Shown here: positions 1-9,823 of the stretch, one piece after another
How the letters are laid out: each line of letters starts with the position of its first letter
Position numbering within the stretch: the first letter of the stretch is position 1
DNA from: Candidatus Buchananbacteria bacterium
GTDB taxonomy: Bacteria; Patescibacteriota; Patescibacteriia; Buchananbacterales; UBA6539
Direction of reading: 5' to 3'
Length of the DNA: 64,000 nucleotides
Assembly: GCA_041664165.1 (NCBI GenBank)
Contig: JBAYLH010000001.1
Location: forward strand, 9,469 to 73,468
Translations under genes and position numbers: made by a program
The notes under the pieces: model-generated
Told to the model about the DNA's origin: nothing
Seen by the model: only the letters and a program-made list of their open reading frames with translations
Databases searched by the model: none

Positions 1-595
1 TTTCGCCTTTATCGCGATAAAAATTACCCAGTACTACCATTAATTCGCCGCTGGTAGGATTATTTTTTATGCCATCCAATAAAATCTCTTCCGCTTTTTT
101 ATCATCTTTTAAATAATAAAGGTAAAATTCGGCAAAACTTCGGTAAAATCTGAGATTTTTTTCTTCTCCCATTGAATTGGCAATCGCCGTTTGATAAGCC
201 GGTATGGCCTGGTTGTAATCTTTCAAAAAATTAGCGTACAAATCGGCTAAGTTGCCAAACGAAGTGCTGTTTTTTGGCTGCAGCTCACCGGCTTTGACCC
301 AAGCCAACTCCGCACCATCGTAATCACCGATATATTTTTTTATCATTCCCAAATTGAGCATGGCATAAAAATCATTGGGATCATTAGCCAAAGCTTCTTT
401 GGTTAAGTTAAAATCATTCAAATACTTATCTTTTTCTTCAGGCAATAAATCGTTTCGCATCACTTTAAAATTAAACAGCCCATTGTCGACAGCCGGCTGG
501 CTTTGGCCTTTTGGCCAAAAATAATAAGCCATCGCGCCGATAATTATAACTAAAATAATCACCCAAACAATTGATTTTACTTTTTTTGAATTCAT
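1..595 (-). CDS. Membrane-anchored TPR protein (runs off the window end; missing from the ORF track)
   Basis: Own translation from ATG at 595: MNSKKVKSIVWVIILVIIIGAMAYYFW (TM helix), then TPR-like helices (AMLNLGMIKKYIGDYDGAELAWVKAGELQP; SFGNLADLYANFLKDYNQAIPAYQTAI). No stop before position 1. Confidence 0.8.
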   Translation of the reverse strand, partial: MNSKKVKSIVWVIILVIIIGAMAYYFWPKGQSQPAVDNGLFNFKVMRNDLLPEEKDKYLNDFNLTKEALANDPNDFYAMLNLGMIKKYIGDYDGAELAWVKAGELQPKNSTSFGNLADLYANFLKDYNQAIPAYQTAIANSMGEEKNLRFYRSFAEFYLYYLKDDKKAEEILLDGIKNNPTSGELMVVLGNFYRDKGE

Positions 596-600
596 AGATT

Positions 601-2310
601 TTAATTTAGAATTAATTTATAAATTTTAAAGGCTAATTGGTTATTTTTATTATTGACTGAATTCAAGCTGGCATTATTATTTTTGAATATGCTTTCCAAT
701 TTACTGGCGGCGGCTTGGTTAGCCGGCTCTAACCGGCCGGGATCAAAAACCAAATTATTGGCTCCCCTGATATAATAAAGATTTTTTACCCCGTAATTTT
801 TAAAAAATTCAAACCAGTTGGTATTAGGTATGGCTAAAGATAAATCGGCGGCCGAAACGAAATTAACGCCATAATAAACTGAAAACTGCCGAAAATACCA
901 AAGCGCGGAAAACCAATTCAGATTAGGGTCGTAGACAAAAAAATCTTTTCCCTGCAAATCCTTGGAAACATCAACTTTTAAGTCATCCAGACTGGCAATA
1001 GATTTGCGGCTTAAAGTATCCGGCTTGATAATTTTTCCCAAATAATCATTGAGCTGATTGAATCCCCCGTTTTCCCAGCGGCTGACCGAATAATATTTCC
1101 CGGCTTCGCCCAAGGGCTGGCTAAAAATATTGGTGTTTAGGCTGTAAAATATTTCAAAACCAAAAACGACGGCTAAAAACAAAAAATAAAATCCCTTTTT
1201 AAAAATTTCCAACGATCCGACCTGGTTGCCATTGATCAGCTCAAATGACTTGATCAATCCCAAGGCCAGAACTAAGGCGAAAAACGGATTAAGCAATGAA
1301 ACAAATCTGGCACTTGAGCCGATTAGGGAAAATTCGAGGCTGGCGAAAAGGATAACTAAGACTAAAAACAAATCCTTGGGTTCTTTATACCTGCTGACAA
1401 AATTAACCACCAAATAAAGAATCGAAGCAACAATTAAAATATAAATCGGCAAAGAATAATAACCGCTGAACTGCTGCCAAAAATCAAAAAATTGCTGCAA
1501 ATAATTGCCCGAACCGCCGCTCATGCCGGCCAGACCCGGCCAATCAGACATTTTCTGGCCAAGCAAAGTGGCAAACTGCAAATCAAAATGGCCGCGAGCC
1601 TGAAAAACTTTCAGGTTATAAAAAATTACCGGGGAAAAAATTAAAACCGCAATCGCAATGCTGGAGACAAAATATTTGCTGGCCAAAATTTTTCTTTGAG
1701 TCAAAAGCAGATAAAAAAATAGGACGGGAATCAGGAAAAAAACCGTGTACTTGGTTAATAAAGTCAGACCCAAAGAAATTCCGAACAAAATAAATTTTTT
1801 ATGGTCAACTAAACTGACAAAAAATAAATAGCCGGTCAATAAAATAAAAAATAAGGCAATCGGCTCCAAATAGCCGACCCGGCTGGCCCAGATATGATAG
1901 CTGAAAACGGTTAAAATCAAGCTGGAAATCCAGGCGACTTTTTGATTGTAAATTTGCCGCGCTAACAAATAAAGTAGGACAACCGAACCTAAACCGGCTA
2001 AAGCAAACGGCAATCGAGCCGTAAAAACCGATACCCCAAACAGGCTAAAAAATAAATGCTGGATAATAAAAACCAAAGGCGGCGCATCGTGAAAAGAAAG
2101 TTTTGACCACCAAGGAATCGTACCAAACCACTGAATCGGCGTTGTTTGCAGTTGCGAATCAGTATAATCCAAATAGCCGACCGCCCGAAAAGAATAAATG
2201 GCGTCATCATGCTGGATGTCGGCGCGGTTCAGGCCAAAAAATAACAGCCAAGCGGCCAAAACCACTATTGCCGGCAAAAAATATTTTGTTTTTTTAGTAA
2301 AAAAGCTCAT
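601..2310 (-). CDS. GT-C fold glycosyltransferase (ArnT/PMT family)
   Basis: Multi-TM protein with DDAIY, HDAPPL, ARLPFAL and LLTKYT motifs. Confidence 0.8.
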   Translation of the reverse strand: MSFFTKKTKYFLPAIVVLAAWLLFFGLNRADIQHDDAIYSFRAVGYLDYTDSQLQTTPIQWFGTIPWWSKLSFHDAPPLVFIIQHLFFSLFGVSVFTARLPFALAGLGSVVLLYLLARQIYNQKVAWISSLILTVFSYHIWASRVGYLEPIALFFILLTGYLFFVSLVDHKKFILFGISLGLTLLTKYTVFFLIPVLFFYLLLTQRKILASKYFVSSIAIAVLIFSPVIFYNLKVFQARGHFDLQFATLLGQKMSDWPGLAGMSGGSGNYLQQFFDFWQQFSGYYSLPIYILIVASILYLVVNFVSRYKEPKDLFLVLVILFASLEFSLIGSSARFVSLLNPFFALVLALGLIKSFELINGNQVGSLEIFKKGFYFLFLAVVFGFEIFYSLNTNIFSQPLGEAGKYYSVSRWENGGFNQLNDYLGKIIKPDTLSRKSIASLDDLKVDVSKDLQGKDFFVYDPNLNWFSALWYFRQFSVYYGVNFVSAADLSLAIPNTNWFEFFKNYGVKNLYYIRGANNLVFDPGRLEPANQAAASKLESIFKNNNASLNSVNNKNNQLAFKIYKLILN

Positions 2311-2366
2311 AGATTATTTATTTGAGCTAGTTTAATTTTAACAAAAAAAGTCATTTTTAGCAAGCG

Positions 2367-2399
2367 CTAAAAGTCCCCGCTTTTGGCAGGGACTTTTAG
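2367..2399 (-). terminator. Intrinsic terminator hairpin after the surface-protein gene
   Basis: ctaaaagtcc-(loop)-ggacttttag inverted repeat about 25 nt past the stop codon. Confidence 0.7.
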
Positions 2400-2425
2400 T
2401 TTTATGTGATCTTCAACTATTCCTA

Positions 2426-5400
2426 TTACTTACTGAAAGTAACCGCAGTTGAAGTAGCGTCAAGTTTGCTGGAAGCACCCTTGGCGACAACGTAGCCATT
2501 CATCCATTGTTCAGTACTGGAAGCAGTGGTGGATGAATTCTTTTGAACTGAGGTTCTCCAGTAATCCGTCCAGATAAAGCTGCTACCAAAGTAGTCAACC
2601 GCTAAACCGGTAAGCGCACTTTGATCAACCGTACCGCTGAATATGGTACCAATTGGAGCCGGATAAGCTGCAGGTAAGTTAGAATCACCTAATAACATGA
2701 TACTAACTGAACCACCGGTCGGATTTGAGGAAGCCGCACAGTTAACCGTGTTACAAACTAAATCACCTTTTAAGGTTAAGTAGTTTGAAGTTCCGGCGCC
2801 AATTTGTAAGGCTTGGAACTTGGTCGAATCGGTCGCACTGATGGCTGAACCATCGCTGGTCAAAGGAATGACAATGACTGAATCGCAGGTAGAACCGGCA
2901 TCGCAGGCAGCCGGAGCTGACCAGTCAACGCCGACATAGCTTAGCGAATCGTTTGTACCAAGCAAAGTGCCGTTTTGATCATACAATTTCCAGTTGGTGG
3001 TAGTAGCCGTACTGGTGGCGAAGGCAAAGGTAACTTGACCAATACCAATCGGGCCGGCCGAATCGGCACTGACTTTGAGCCGATATAATGGCGCGCCTGT
3101 TTGGTTAGTTAAGGTACCGCCCGCAACCTTGGAATTATCACCGCTGGTCGGCAATTCTTCGTTCGGGACAACGGTCGGAACGCTTCTGAATAAATACTGG
3201 TTCTTAGTAGTCGAACCGGTAATGGTAATAGAAGTAATCGTACCGCCTGATTGAGCGCCTTTGGCGGTAATATCACCAGCGGCGTTAATCTTTAATGACA
3301 AACCCTGGCCGGAAGCACCGCGTGAACCGATTTCGTAGTCGGAACCGGCGGTATCAACTTTAACCGTCAATAAGATACTGTTGTCTTTAGGAACAACAAT
3401 CGGACTGCCGGTAACGTCAATTAAGACGGTATCGCCAGTGCTGTCGGTTGAAGTTGGGGTTACTTCGGCTAGTTTGGTACTGCCGTTGTAAAGATAAACT
3501 TTGCTAACCTGGTCTAAACCACCGCTATTAAGGGCAGTTGAGGTCAGATAAAGTTTCTCAATTTTGACATCTTCATATTTAGCAAAAGCGCTGAATATGC
3601 CGAAAGTCAAACCGCTGGTGGAAGCCGGCATCAAACCTTCTTTAGGCGAAGTACTGTCTAAAGAAATGGTTAATTGACCGAGGTCAGTAAAGGTCATACC
3701 TTGACCATTACTCGGGCTGACAACAACAGTGGCTGTCAAATTGGTGGTACCACCTTTGGCCGTAACGTCTTCAGCACCGGTAATGGAAGCCATACCGACT
3801 TGCATTGTGCCGTTAGTCGCTGCGGTACTGATATCGCCTTTAACCGTTAAAGTCTTGCTTGTACCTTTGGTAATAACTAAAGGTGTTGAAAGCATCCAGG
3901 TAGCGGTGGCTTCATCATTATCAGTTGTTTTAGCCGCGGTATCGGAATCTGGATCATTGGTGGTAGCTAATTCAGTCGCACCGTCAAATAAACTCCAGTT
4001 AGATACTTCGGCCGGGTTGCAAGTGCTGTCGCAAGTAACCGCAGCCATGACTTTGGTAACTTTAACGTCTTCACCGCTGCCTTCCGCGCCCAAGATTAAA
4101 TTGGCGAAGGTAACAGCTTTAGAGCCGGCAACAATACTTTGGGCAATTGGTGAAGGTGAAGTTGAAAGCGACAATTGAGCTGATTTTATCGTCATGGTCG
4201 CTGAGCTCTGGGAACTGGCCGGGGTTGGAGTAACAGCTAAACCAGTGGTTGAGCCTTTGGCGGTTAAACCATTAGGGGTAATGCTGGCGACAATGGTGTC
4301 ATCAGCTTCCCAATCAGCGCTTAAGTCACCTTTAATGGTGTAGTAGTGCAAACCAACTGGAACCGTGATGGTGTCAGTTGAGGTTACACCGACAATATAG
4401 GTTCTGGTTGAATAACCAGCGCTATAAACAGTGTCATCAGGACCGGCAACAATACTGCCGTTTTCATCATAAACCGCAATATTGGTTAAGTCAGCTTCGG
4501 TAACGTTACCGACAGTACTGGCCGAAGAGGTAGTAATGGTAAAGACAATCGGCAATGAGGTGATTTCAGTTTCTTCACCCTTGGCCTCAAATTCGAATTT
4601 ACCTAAAACTGCCTGGTCTGAATCAGTCGCAACATTAGCGGCTGATAAAGTGGCCGGGCCGATTCTCAATGAACCGCGGTCAACGCTAGTAACCGGAGCG
4701 GTCCAGAATGGTTCGGCGTCGGCAGTGGCACCGTTGCCACCATCGGCGAGTTTAACGGCATAGCCATAAAGTTGGCCCATGCTGACGATATCGGATTCAT
4801 CGTTGACATCAAAGCGGATAGTTCTGGCTGAACCGCTGACAATGTCCAGTCTTAAATCAAACTGAACGGTTTTGCCTTTGGCAACCAAAATTGGGCTGGC
4901 GGATAAGTCAAAAGTGACCATCCCGCCGGTTACGGCCGCTACGGTGGCGACTTTGGCGTCATCAACTAATAAGCTTAAGTTGGCAACGTCGGCATCAGAA
5001 GCGGTTCCGCCTTGTTTAAAGCTAATTTGGCTAACTTTAAAGTCTTCAACGGAACTGGCAACTAATTTAAAGCCGGAAACGATGTAATTTGTCGTACCAA
5101 TCTTTTGCGTACTGGCCGACGGGTTGTTAGCGCCATCCGATAAGCTCAAAGCGCCAATCGTGATGGTACCATTGATATTTTGGTAATTACCGACAATCGG
5201 CAAAGTGCCAACAATGGCGGCAGTACCAACCAAGGTAACGGCTGATAAATTCAATGATGGAATTTCACCGGCGTAGGAAGCAGTGGCTCCCATGTTACCA
5301 GCTAAGTAAATTGACTTAGTGGTACCGGCGGCAACCGTGATGTTTTGGTTAAACACCGCTTGGTGTGACGAATTCAAGGTTTTGGTGTTGCCGATTCTGA

Positions 5401-6196
5401 CACCAGTCGCGGCATCAATTAAAGCGATGCTGCTGAATGGCGAATCGGAAGCAACCGTTCCACCTCGGGTAACTGTCAATGAATCAATTACGATATCACC
5501 GTCAGCTGAGGCGGTTAAGTTTACTTTGGTGAATTTGTTGTTAATTGAATTACCAACAACAATACCACTGGCTGGAGTATCTGAGGCTAAAGCCACAGTT
5601 AAACTAGTACCAGTAGCAACCGGACCACCAGTCAAATTCTTATCGTCATTGATTGTGGCGGCTTCGCTGGTTTCAGTGGCTTTGTTGTAGTCACTGGCAA
5701 CAGTGATGTCAGCGCCGACTTTGTAGTTAACAAAGAAAGCATCTGAGACATCTTCAACGGATGTTCTAGCCCAGTTGACACCATAGAGGGCTTCAGCTAT
5801 TGCAGCTGTGGTAACCCATCTTAAGGTACCGTTAGCGGAAACAGCGTAAACTTTTGGATCGGTTGTAATTTTGACTAATTTAACACCCGGTCGGTAGGTA
5901 ACATTACCACCAATGGCATAAGAACTCATCTCGGTTAAAGAAACAATCTTCACGCCGGAAAAGTCTGAGTACCAAGTCATATAAGTTTTCTCATTTGGGA
6001 AAACATATCTTTTGGCATCAGCACCAAGGTAATAAACAGCTTTACATGGGTCATTGACGCCGGCTCCAGCAGCACACTGAAGCTTAATCAAATCACCAGA
6101 AGTAGCTGCACCTACGGCCAACGGCATTGAAAACAAGCCAACTGACCAAACGATTGTCGTTATGGCAATTGTGTAGGTTAATAATTTCTTAATCAT
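2426..6196 (-). CDS. Large secreted S-layer-like surface protein
   Basis: Signal peptide from MIKKLL (AAGAAAGGA upstream). N-terminal GDLIK...AVYYLGADAKRYVFPNEKTY..W domain typical of CPR surface proteins, then Thr/Ser/Ala/Gly-rich beta-strand repeats. Confidence 0.75.
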   Translation of the reverse strand: MIKKLLTYTIAITTIVWSVGLFSMPLAVGAATSGDLIKLQCAAGAGVNDPCKAVYYLGADAKRYVFPNEKTYMTWYSDFSGVKIVSLTEMSSYAIGGNVTYRPGVKLVKITTDPKVYAVSANGTLRWVTTAAIAEALYGVNWARTSVEDVSDAFFVNYKVGADITVASDYNKATETSEAATINDDKNLTGGPVATGTSLTVALASDTPASGIVVGNSINNKFTKVNLTASADGDIVIDSLTVTRGGTVASDSPFSSIALIDAATGVRIGNTKTLNSSHQAVFNQNITVAAGTTKSIYLAGNMGATASYAGEIPSLNLSAVTLVGTAAIVGTLPIVGNYQNINGTITIGALSLSDGANNPSASTQKIGTTNYIVSGFKLVASSVEDFKVSQISFKQGGTASDADVANLSLLVDDAKVATVAAVTGGMVTFDLSASPILVAKGKTVQFDLRLDIVSGSARTIRFDVNDESDIVSMGQLYGYAVKLADGGNGATADAEPFWTAPVTSVDRGSLRIGPATLSAANVATDSDQAVLGKFEFEAKGEETEITSLPIVFTITTSSASTVGNVTEADLTNIAVYDENGSIVAGPDDTVYSAGYSTRTYIVGVTSTDTITVPVGLHYYTIKGDLSADWEADDTIVASITPNGLTAKGSTTGLAVTPTPASSQSSATMTIKSAQLSLSTSPSPIAQSIVAGSKAVTFANLILGAEGSGEDVKVTKVMAAVTCDSTCNPAEVSNWSLFDGATELATTNDPDSDTAAKTTDNDEATATWMLSTPLVITKGTSKTLTVKGDISTAATNGTMQVGMASITGAEDVTAKGGTTNLTATVVVSPSNGQGMTFTDLGQLTISLDSTSPKEGLMPASTSGLTFGIFSAFAKYEDVKIEKLYLTSTALNSGGLDQVSKVYLYNGSTKLAEVTPTSTDSTGDTVLIDVTGSPIVVPKDNSILLTVKVDTAGSDYEIGSRGASGQGLSLKINAAGDITAKGAQSGGTITSITITGSTTKNQYLFRSVPTVVPNEELPTSGDNSKVAGGTLTNQTGAPLYRLKVSADSAGPIGIGQVTFAFATSTATTTNWKLYDQNGTLLGTNDSLSYVGVDWSAPAACDAGSTCDSVIVIPLTSDGSAISATDSTKFQALQIGAGTSNYLTLKGDLVCNTVNCAASSNPTGGSVSIMLLGDSNLPAAYPAPIGTIFSGTVDQSALTGLAVDYFGSSFIWTDYWRTSVQKNSSTTASSTEQWMNGYVVAKGASSKLDATSTAVTFSK

Positions 6197-6476
6197 TTTT
6201 AATTTTTCCTTTCTTAAACTCATCAAACTTTTTAGTTAGGCTTTCTGATCTTGTTACGCCTAGGCGAACCTAACAACATCTTCGGAGCCGCTTTTAAACG
6301 GCCGACTAAACCCTTGCAGCCTTATTTGCTTAAAATTCCTGATTAGCCAGGACCGACCTTTATTTTGAGCAACTAAGGGGGTTTAGACCCTAATTCCTCT
6401 AAAAAGTTAACAAGTTTTAATACCCAACTGATTTATATCTAAACTGGTTGGGGGCAAAAAAACTTAATTAATTAAT

Positions 6477-7361
6477 CTATTTATTAATATCGCTAGTTGA
6501 TTCTGATTGATCAGCCGGTAAGCCAGCGCCATCTTGAGCCTGATCGGCTGGCGGCAAACTGGCGTCCGAATCGTTAGTTACTCCTTTAACCGTACCTTCG
6601 TCGGCCTTGTCCGCTTCTTCATTCACGGTTTGAGCCAGCTGCTGAGCGGAAAGACTGGTGTCTTGAACGCTTTGAACCGCCTGGCTGACGATATCTTTAA
6701 CCTCGACATTATCGGCCGCGGAAATCTTTTCCACTTTGGTATCTAATGATTTAACTAACTCCTGGGCTTTTGAACTTAGAGTCAGCGCCATTTTAACTGT
6801 CCGTTCTTTGTCTTCCATATTAACATTGCTGTCTGACTGCTTCATTGATTGATTCATTTTGCTGATATGATTATTAACATCGGTAACATTATTTTTAAGT
6901 TCAGCGACTAAAGTTTCAATCTGCCTTTTCTTTTCTTGAGGATTAACACCGGGCTCGTCAATTATCTTGTCCAATTCTGCCACCCGTTTTTGGGCAAATT
7001 CAATTTTTAATTCCGCCCGCTGGTTGGCATCGGTAACTAAAGCGGCATGGGTATTTTCCAAGGCAATTTTAACCGGATAAAGCGAACTGCCGGGCAGACT
7101 GTAAAAAGCCGCATTGATCGTCAAGCTGCTGCCCAAAAAAACCACCATCATCAAAATCATCACCACCACCGGCTCGACTAAATTCTGGCGAAAAATCTGG
7201 GCGACTAAATTAAAGTAATCGCCGATTCCCAGTTTCACTCTTTCCGGCTGGCTGGCAGAAATTTCTTTTAACAAAACATCCCTCGTCAGAGCTTTCCACT
7301 CCGGACGGGGGCAAATTTCTTTTCTTAAATTTTTGATTTCTTTAATTAAACTGTTTTCCAT
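6477..7361 (-). CDS. Putative anti-sigma factor (TM helix plus DUF5667-like helical domain)
   Basis: Overlaps the ECF sigma stop codon; PRPEW N-terminus, one TM helix, SLPGSSLYPVKIALE motif. Confidence 0.65.
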   Translation of the reverse strand: MENSLIKEIKNLRKEICPRPEWKALTRDVLLKEISASQPERVKLGIGDYFNLVAQIFRQNLVEPVVVMILMMVVFLGSSLTINAAFYSLPGSSLYPVKIALENTHAALVTDANQRAELKIEFAQKRVAELDKIIDEPGVNPQEKKRQIETLVAELKNNVTDVNNHISKMNQSMKQSDSNVNMEDKERTVKMALTLSSKAQELVKSLDTKVEKISAADNVEVKDIVSQAVQSVQDTSLSAQQLAQTVNEEADKADEGTVKGVTNDSDASLPPADQAQDGAGLPADQSESTSDINK

Positions 7362-7914
7362 TTTTGCTTAATAATTCTCGGGTAACTTTTAAAGCGCGAT
7401 GCAAAATGACGCGAACGGAACCTTTTGATTTATCCAGCACGCCGGCGATTTCGGTAATCGACAAGTCTTCGACAAAGCGGAGAATAATCACTTCCCGATA
7501 TTCATCTTTAAGCTGGCGTAAAATTCCTTCGATGCTTTTAATTTCAAAGTGGCTGTCAATTTTGTTTAATAAGCTCTGCTGCCTTTCGTCTTTGACTGCC
7601 TCCAATACTTCTTGGTCTTGGACAAATTCTCTCTTGGCTTTTTGGCGGTAAGAATCAATCACTAAATTTCTGGCCGTTCGATACAGCAAAGCGCGGAGAT
7701 TACCGATCTCATCTTCAGTCTCCTTAATATATTGCCAAATTTTTAAAAAGGCTTCGGAAGTTAAGTCTTCCGCATCCTGACGGCTCGCCACCTTAAAATA
7801 AATAAATCTGTAGATAGGAGTTACGTACAGATCATAAATTTGGGCGAAAGCTTCAGGATCCTTGTTTTTCAATCTCAATAATAGCAGCTTTTCTGAAATT
7901 TTTGAAGGTTTCAT
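7342..7914 (-). CDS. ECF RNA polymerase sigma factor
   Basis: Region 2 (DAEDLTSEAFLKIW, LYRTARNLVID) and region 4 (YREVIILRFVEDLSITEIAGVL, VRVILHRAL). Confidence 0.92.
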   Translation of the reverse strand: MKPSKISEKLLLLRLKNKDPEAFAQIYDLYVTPIYRFIYFKVASRQDAEDLTSEAFLKIWQYIKETEDEIGNLRALLYRTARNLVIDSYRQKAKREFVQDQEVLEAVKDERQQSLLNKIDSHFEIKSIEGILRQLKDEYREVIILRFVEDLSITEIAGVLDKSKGSVRVILHRALKVTRELLSKNGKQFN

Positions 7915-7921
7915 TATATAT

Positions 7922-7947
7922 GACGTGAAAGCTTAATAAATGTTACA
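7922..7947 (-). promoter_or_regulatory. ECF-type promoter TGTAAC-N16-CGTC
   Basis: Minus strand reads TGTAAC atttattaagctttca CGTC, then 7 nt, then the sigma ATG. Confidence 0.65.
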
Positions 7948-8244
7948 GTCGTAGCATTTACTATAACTAATTAACTAAAATAAGTCAAACGCTAAAATTG
8001 GCTAATTTACTCATTAATCGCTCAATTATGTTGCTTATTTAATTTTTCTATATTATACTAAATATCGTGATTTGTCCAGGCTAATCTAGACAAATAACCA
8101 TACTTAAACCTGTTTATAACTTAAAACCTAATATTTCAATCAAATTAATTATTTTTCAAAAAATTTCGCCAATATTTCCTTTAACCTAACAAATACAAGT
8201 TAATCAAATACTGCCAAAACTAATCAAAATTAAACCATTCCAAT

Positions 8245-8520
8245 ATGCCAAATGTCATTCGATTATCAGTGTCTGAAGCTTCCCGAATTTTCGGGGTTGA
8301 CCAAAAAACTATCAGACGGGCAATCAAGGCCGACGAGTTGCGCTATATCGTTGTTTGCGGCCGCTATAAAATTAATTTTAGCAGTATTTTGGAATGGTCT
8401 CAAGGCAGGACTACCACCAAAAATAAGCTGGCAGCTAAAGGCATCGGCCAATATGTAGACAAATGGAAAATCAAAAATAAACTCTACTCCCCCAACCCGG
8501 CTTTAGCAGATAAAAAATAA
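8245..8520 (+). CDS. Excisionase/MerR-like helix-turn-helix protein
   Basis: LSVSEASRIFGVDQKTIRRAIKADEL...GRYKI matches the HTH_17 pattern. Confidence 0.8.
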   Translation: MPNVIRLSVSEASRIFGVDQKTIRRAIKADELRYIVVCGRYKINFSSILEWSQGRTTTKNKLAAKGIGQYVDKWKIKNKLYSPNPALADKK

Positions 8521-8653
8521 GAGATCCCGCCTCCGCCAACCTGCGGCAGGGGCTTCGGCGGGCAGGCAGAAATCAGAGATCAGAAATTAGAAGCGGAAAA
8601 GCCAAAACGCAGAAGCTTATGCTCCTGCGTCTTTTTTTATATGAGAAAAATTT

Positions 8654-9814
8654 TTACGGCAAATTGCCCAAGGTAACAGTTTTAGTCAAGACTTTACCAG
8701 CTCGCAAAATTTCCAATTCCGTTTGTTCTCCCGGCCGATACTGCATAATCAAATCAGTTAAGCTGCTGGCTTTATCCAGTTGCTGACCATCAACGCTGGT
8801 GATAATATCGTTAGCTAAAATTCCCGCCATCGCTGCCGGACTGCCGGCTTTAGGATTTTGGTAAACTAGCGCTCCCTGATTTAGATTTTGCGTTACCGCC
8901 GGGTCTAAACCAAAAGTCCAAGCTAAGTCCAGATAATTAATCCCTAAAAACGGCCGCTTGATCGGATTATTCTTTAAAACATCCAAAACAATTGACCGAA
9001 ATTGATTTATCGGAATCGCCGCGGTAATTCCTTTTTCGGAGTCCACTTCTTTTACGACTCCAATGACTTCCCCGCCGAGATTTAAAACCGGACTGCCCAA
9101 ATAGCCATTGCCGAAATCACCGCTAAGCGAAATCAACTTTTGGTATTGCTCCGAAGAAATCAAAAAGTTATTTGCCGCCGCCAGCAAGCGATAATTATTA
9201 TTTTTAACATTGCCCACCGTTGCTTCAGTCGAATTATTAACCGCTAAAACCAGCTGGCCTAAAACCAACTCATCGGAATCACCCAAGGTAGCCACCGGCA
9301 GATTAGTCGCGGCAATTTTAATGAAAGAAACGCCGGTTGTCGCATCGCTGACTATTTTTTCGGCCGCAAATGTCTTGGCATTATAAACAACCGCCAATTG
9401 CTGGGGTTTTAGCCCGGCAAGATTTTTGGCATAGCTGACTAGCCAGCCGTCGCTGGTTAAAATAAAGCCATTAGCCTGAAGTTCTTTGACCAGATAAATT
9501 TGACTGAGCTGATTAGTCGAACCCGGCTTTTTCAGGTAGATGCCAACCAATGCCGAGGAAATTTTTTCTATTGTTTTGTTAACCTCAAAATCCTGCTGGA
9601 TGCCTAAAAATTTTTTCACCCGCTGAAGCTCCGGTACGACCGCGGCGGCGTCTTGATTAATATTAACGCTGCCGGCCGAATAGTCTTGCTGCCAAGGATT
9701 GATATAAACGTCCGAAAAAATCTGGCCGACCACCCCGGCGGCAAAACCAAAAATCATTGATAAAACGACAACCTGGGAAATAAACTGATTTTTTTGCTTT
9801 TTAAATAAATTCAT
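8654..9814 (-). CDS. HtrA/DegP-like trypsin-fold plus PDZ protein with a degenerate catalytic triad
   Basis: TM anchor, GFILTSDG, LGDSDEL, GSPVLNLGGEVIGV, and a PDZ domain (PFLGI, SPAAMAGILANDIITSVDG). Confidence 0.8.
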   Translation of the reverse strand: MNLFKKQKNQFISQVVVLSMIFGFAAGVVGQIFSDVYINPWQQDYSAGSVNINQDAAAVVPELQRVKKFLGIQQDFEVNKTIEKISSALVGIYLKKPGSTNQLSQIYLVKELQANGFILTSDGWLVSYAKNLAGLKPQQLAVVYNAKTFAAEKIVSDATTGVSFIKIAATNLPVATLGDSDELVLGQLVLAVNNSTEATVGNVKNNNYRLLAAANNFLISSEQYQKLISLSGDFGNGYLGSPVLNLGGEVIGVVKEVDSEKGITAAIPINQFRSIVLDVLKNNPIKRPFLGINYLDLAWTFGLDPAVTQNLNQGALVYQNPKAGSPAAMAGILANDIITSVDGQQLDKASSLTDLIMQYRPGEQTELEILRAGKVLTKTVTLGNLP

Positions 9815-9823
9815 AAATTTAAA

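Noticed and set aside
3729-5690. Plus-strand ORFs inside the surface-protein gene, and similar antisense ORFs over ribosomal, pyr and GH16 genes
   Set aside because: They are shadow frames of well-supported genes with no motifs or initiation signals.
7950-8244. Replication origin in the AT-rich divergent intergenic region
   Set aside because: Only one imperfect DnaA-box-like site (near 8110-8120) and no dnaA or dnaN nearby.
8245-8520. Prophage or integrative element marked by the excisionase-like HTH
   Set aside because: No integrase, att repeats or phage genes nearby.
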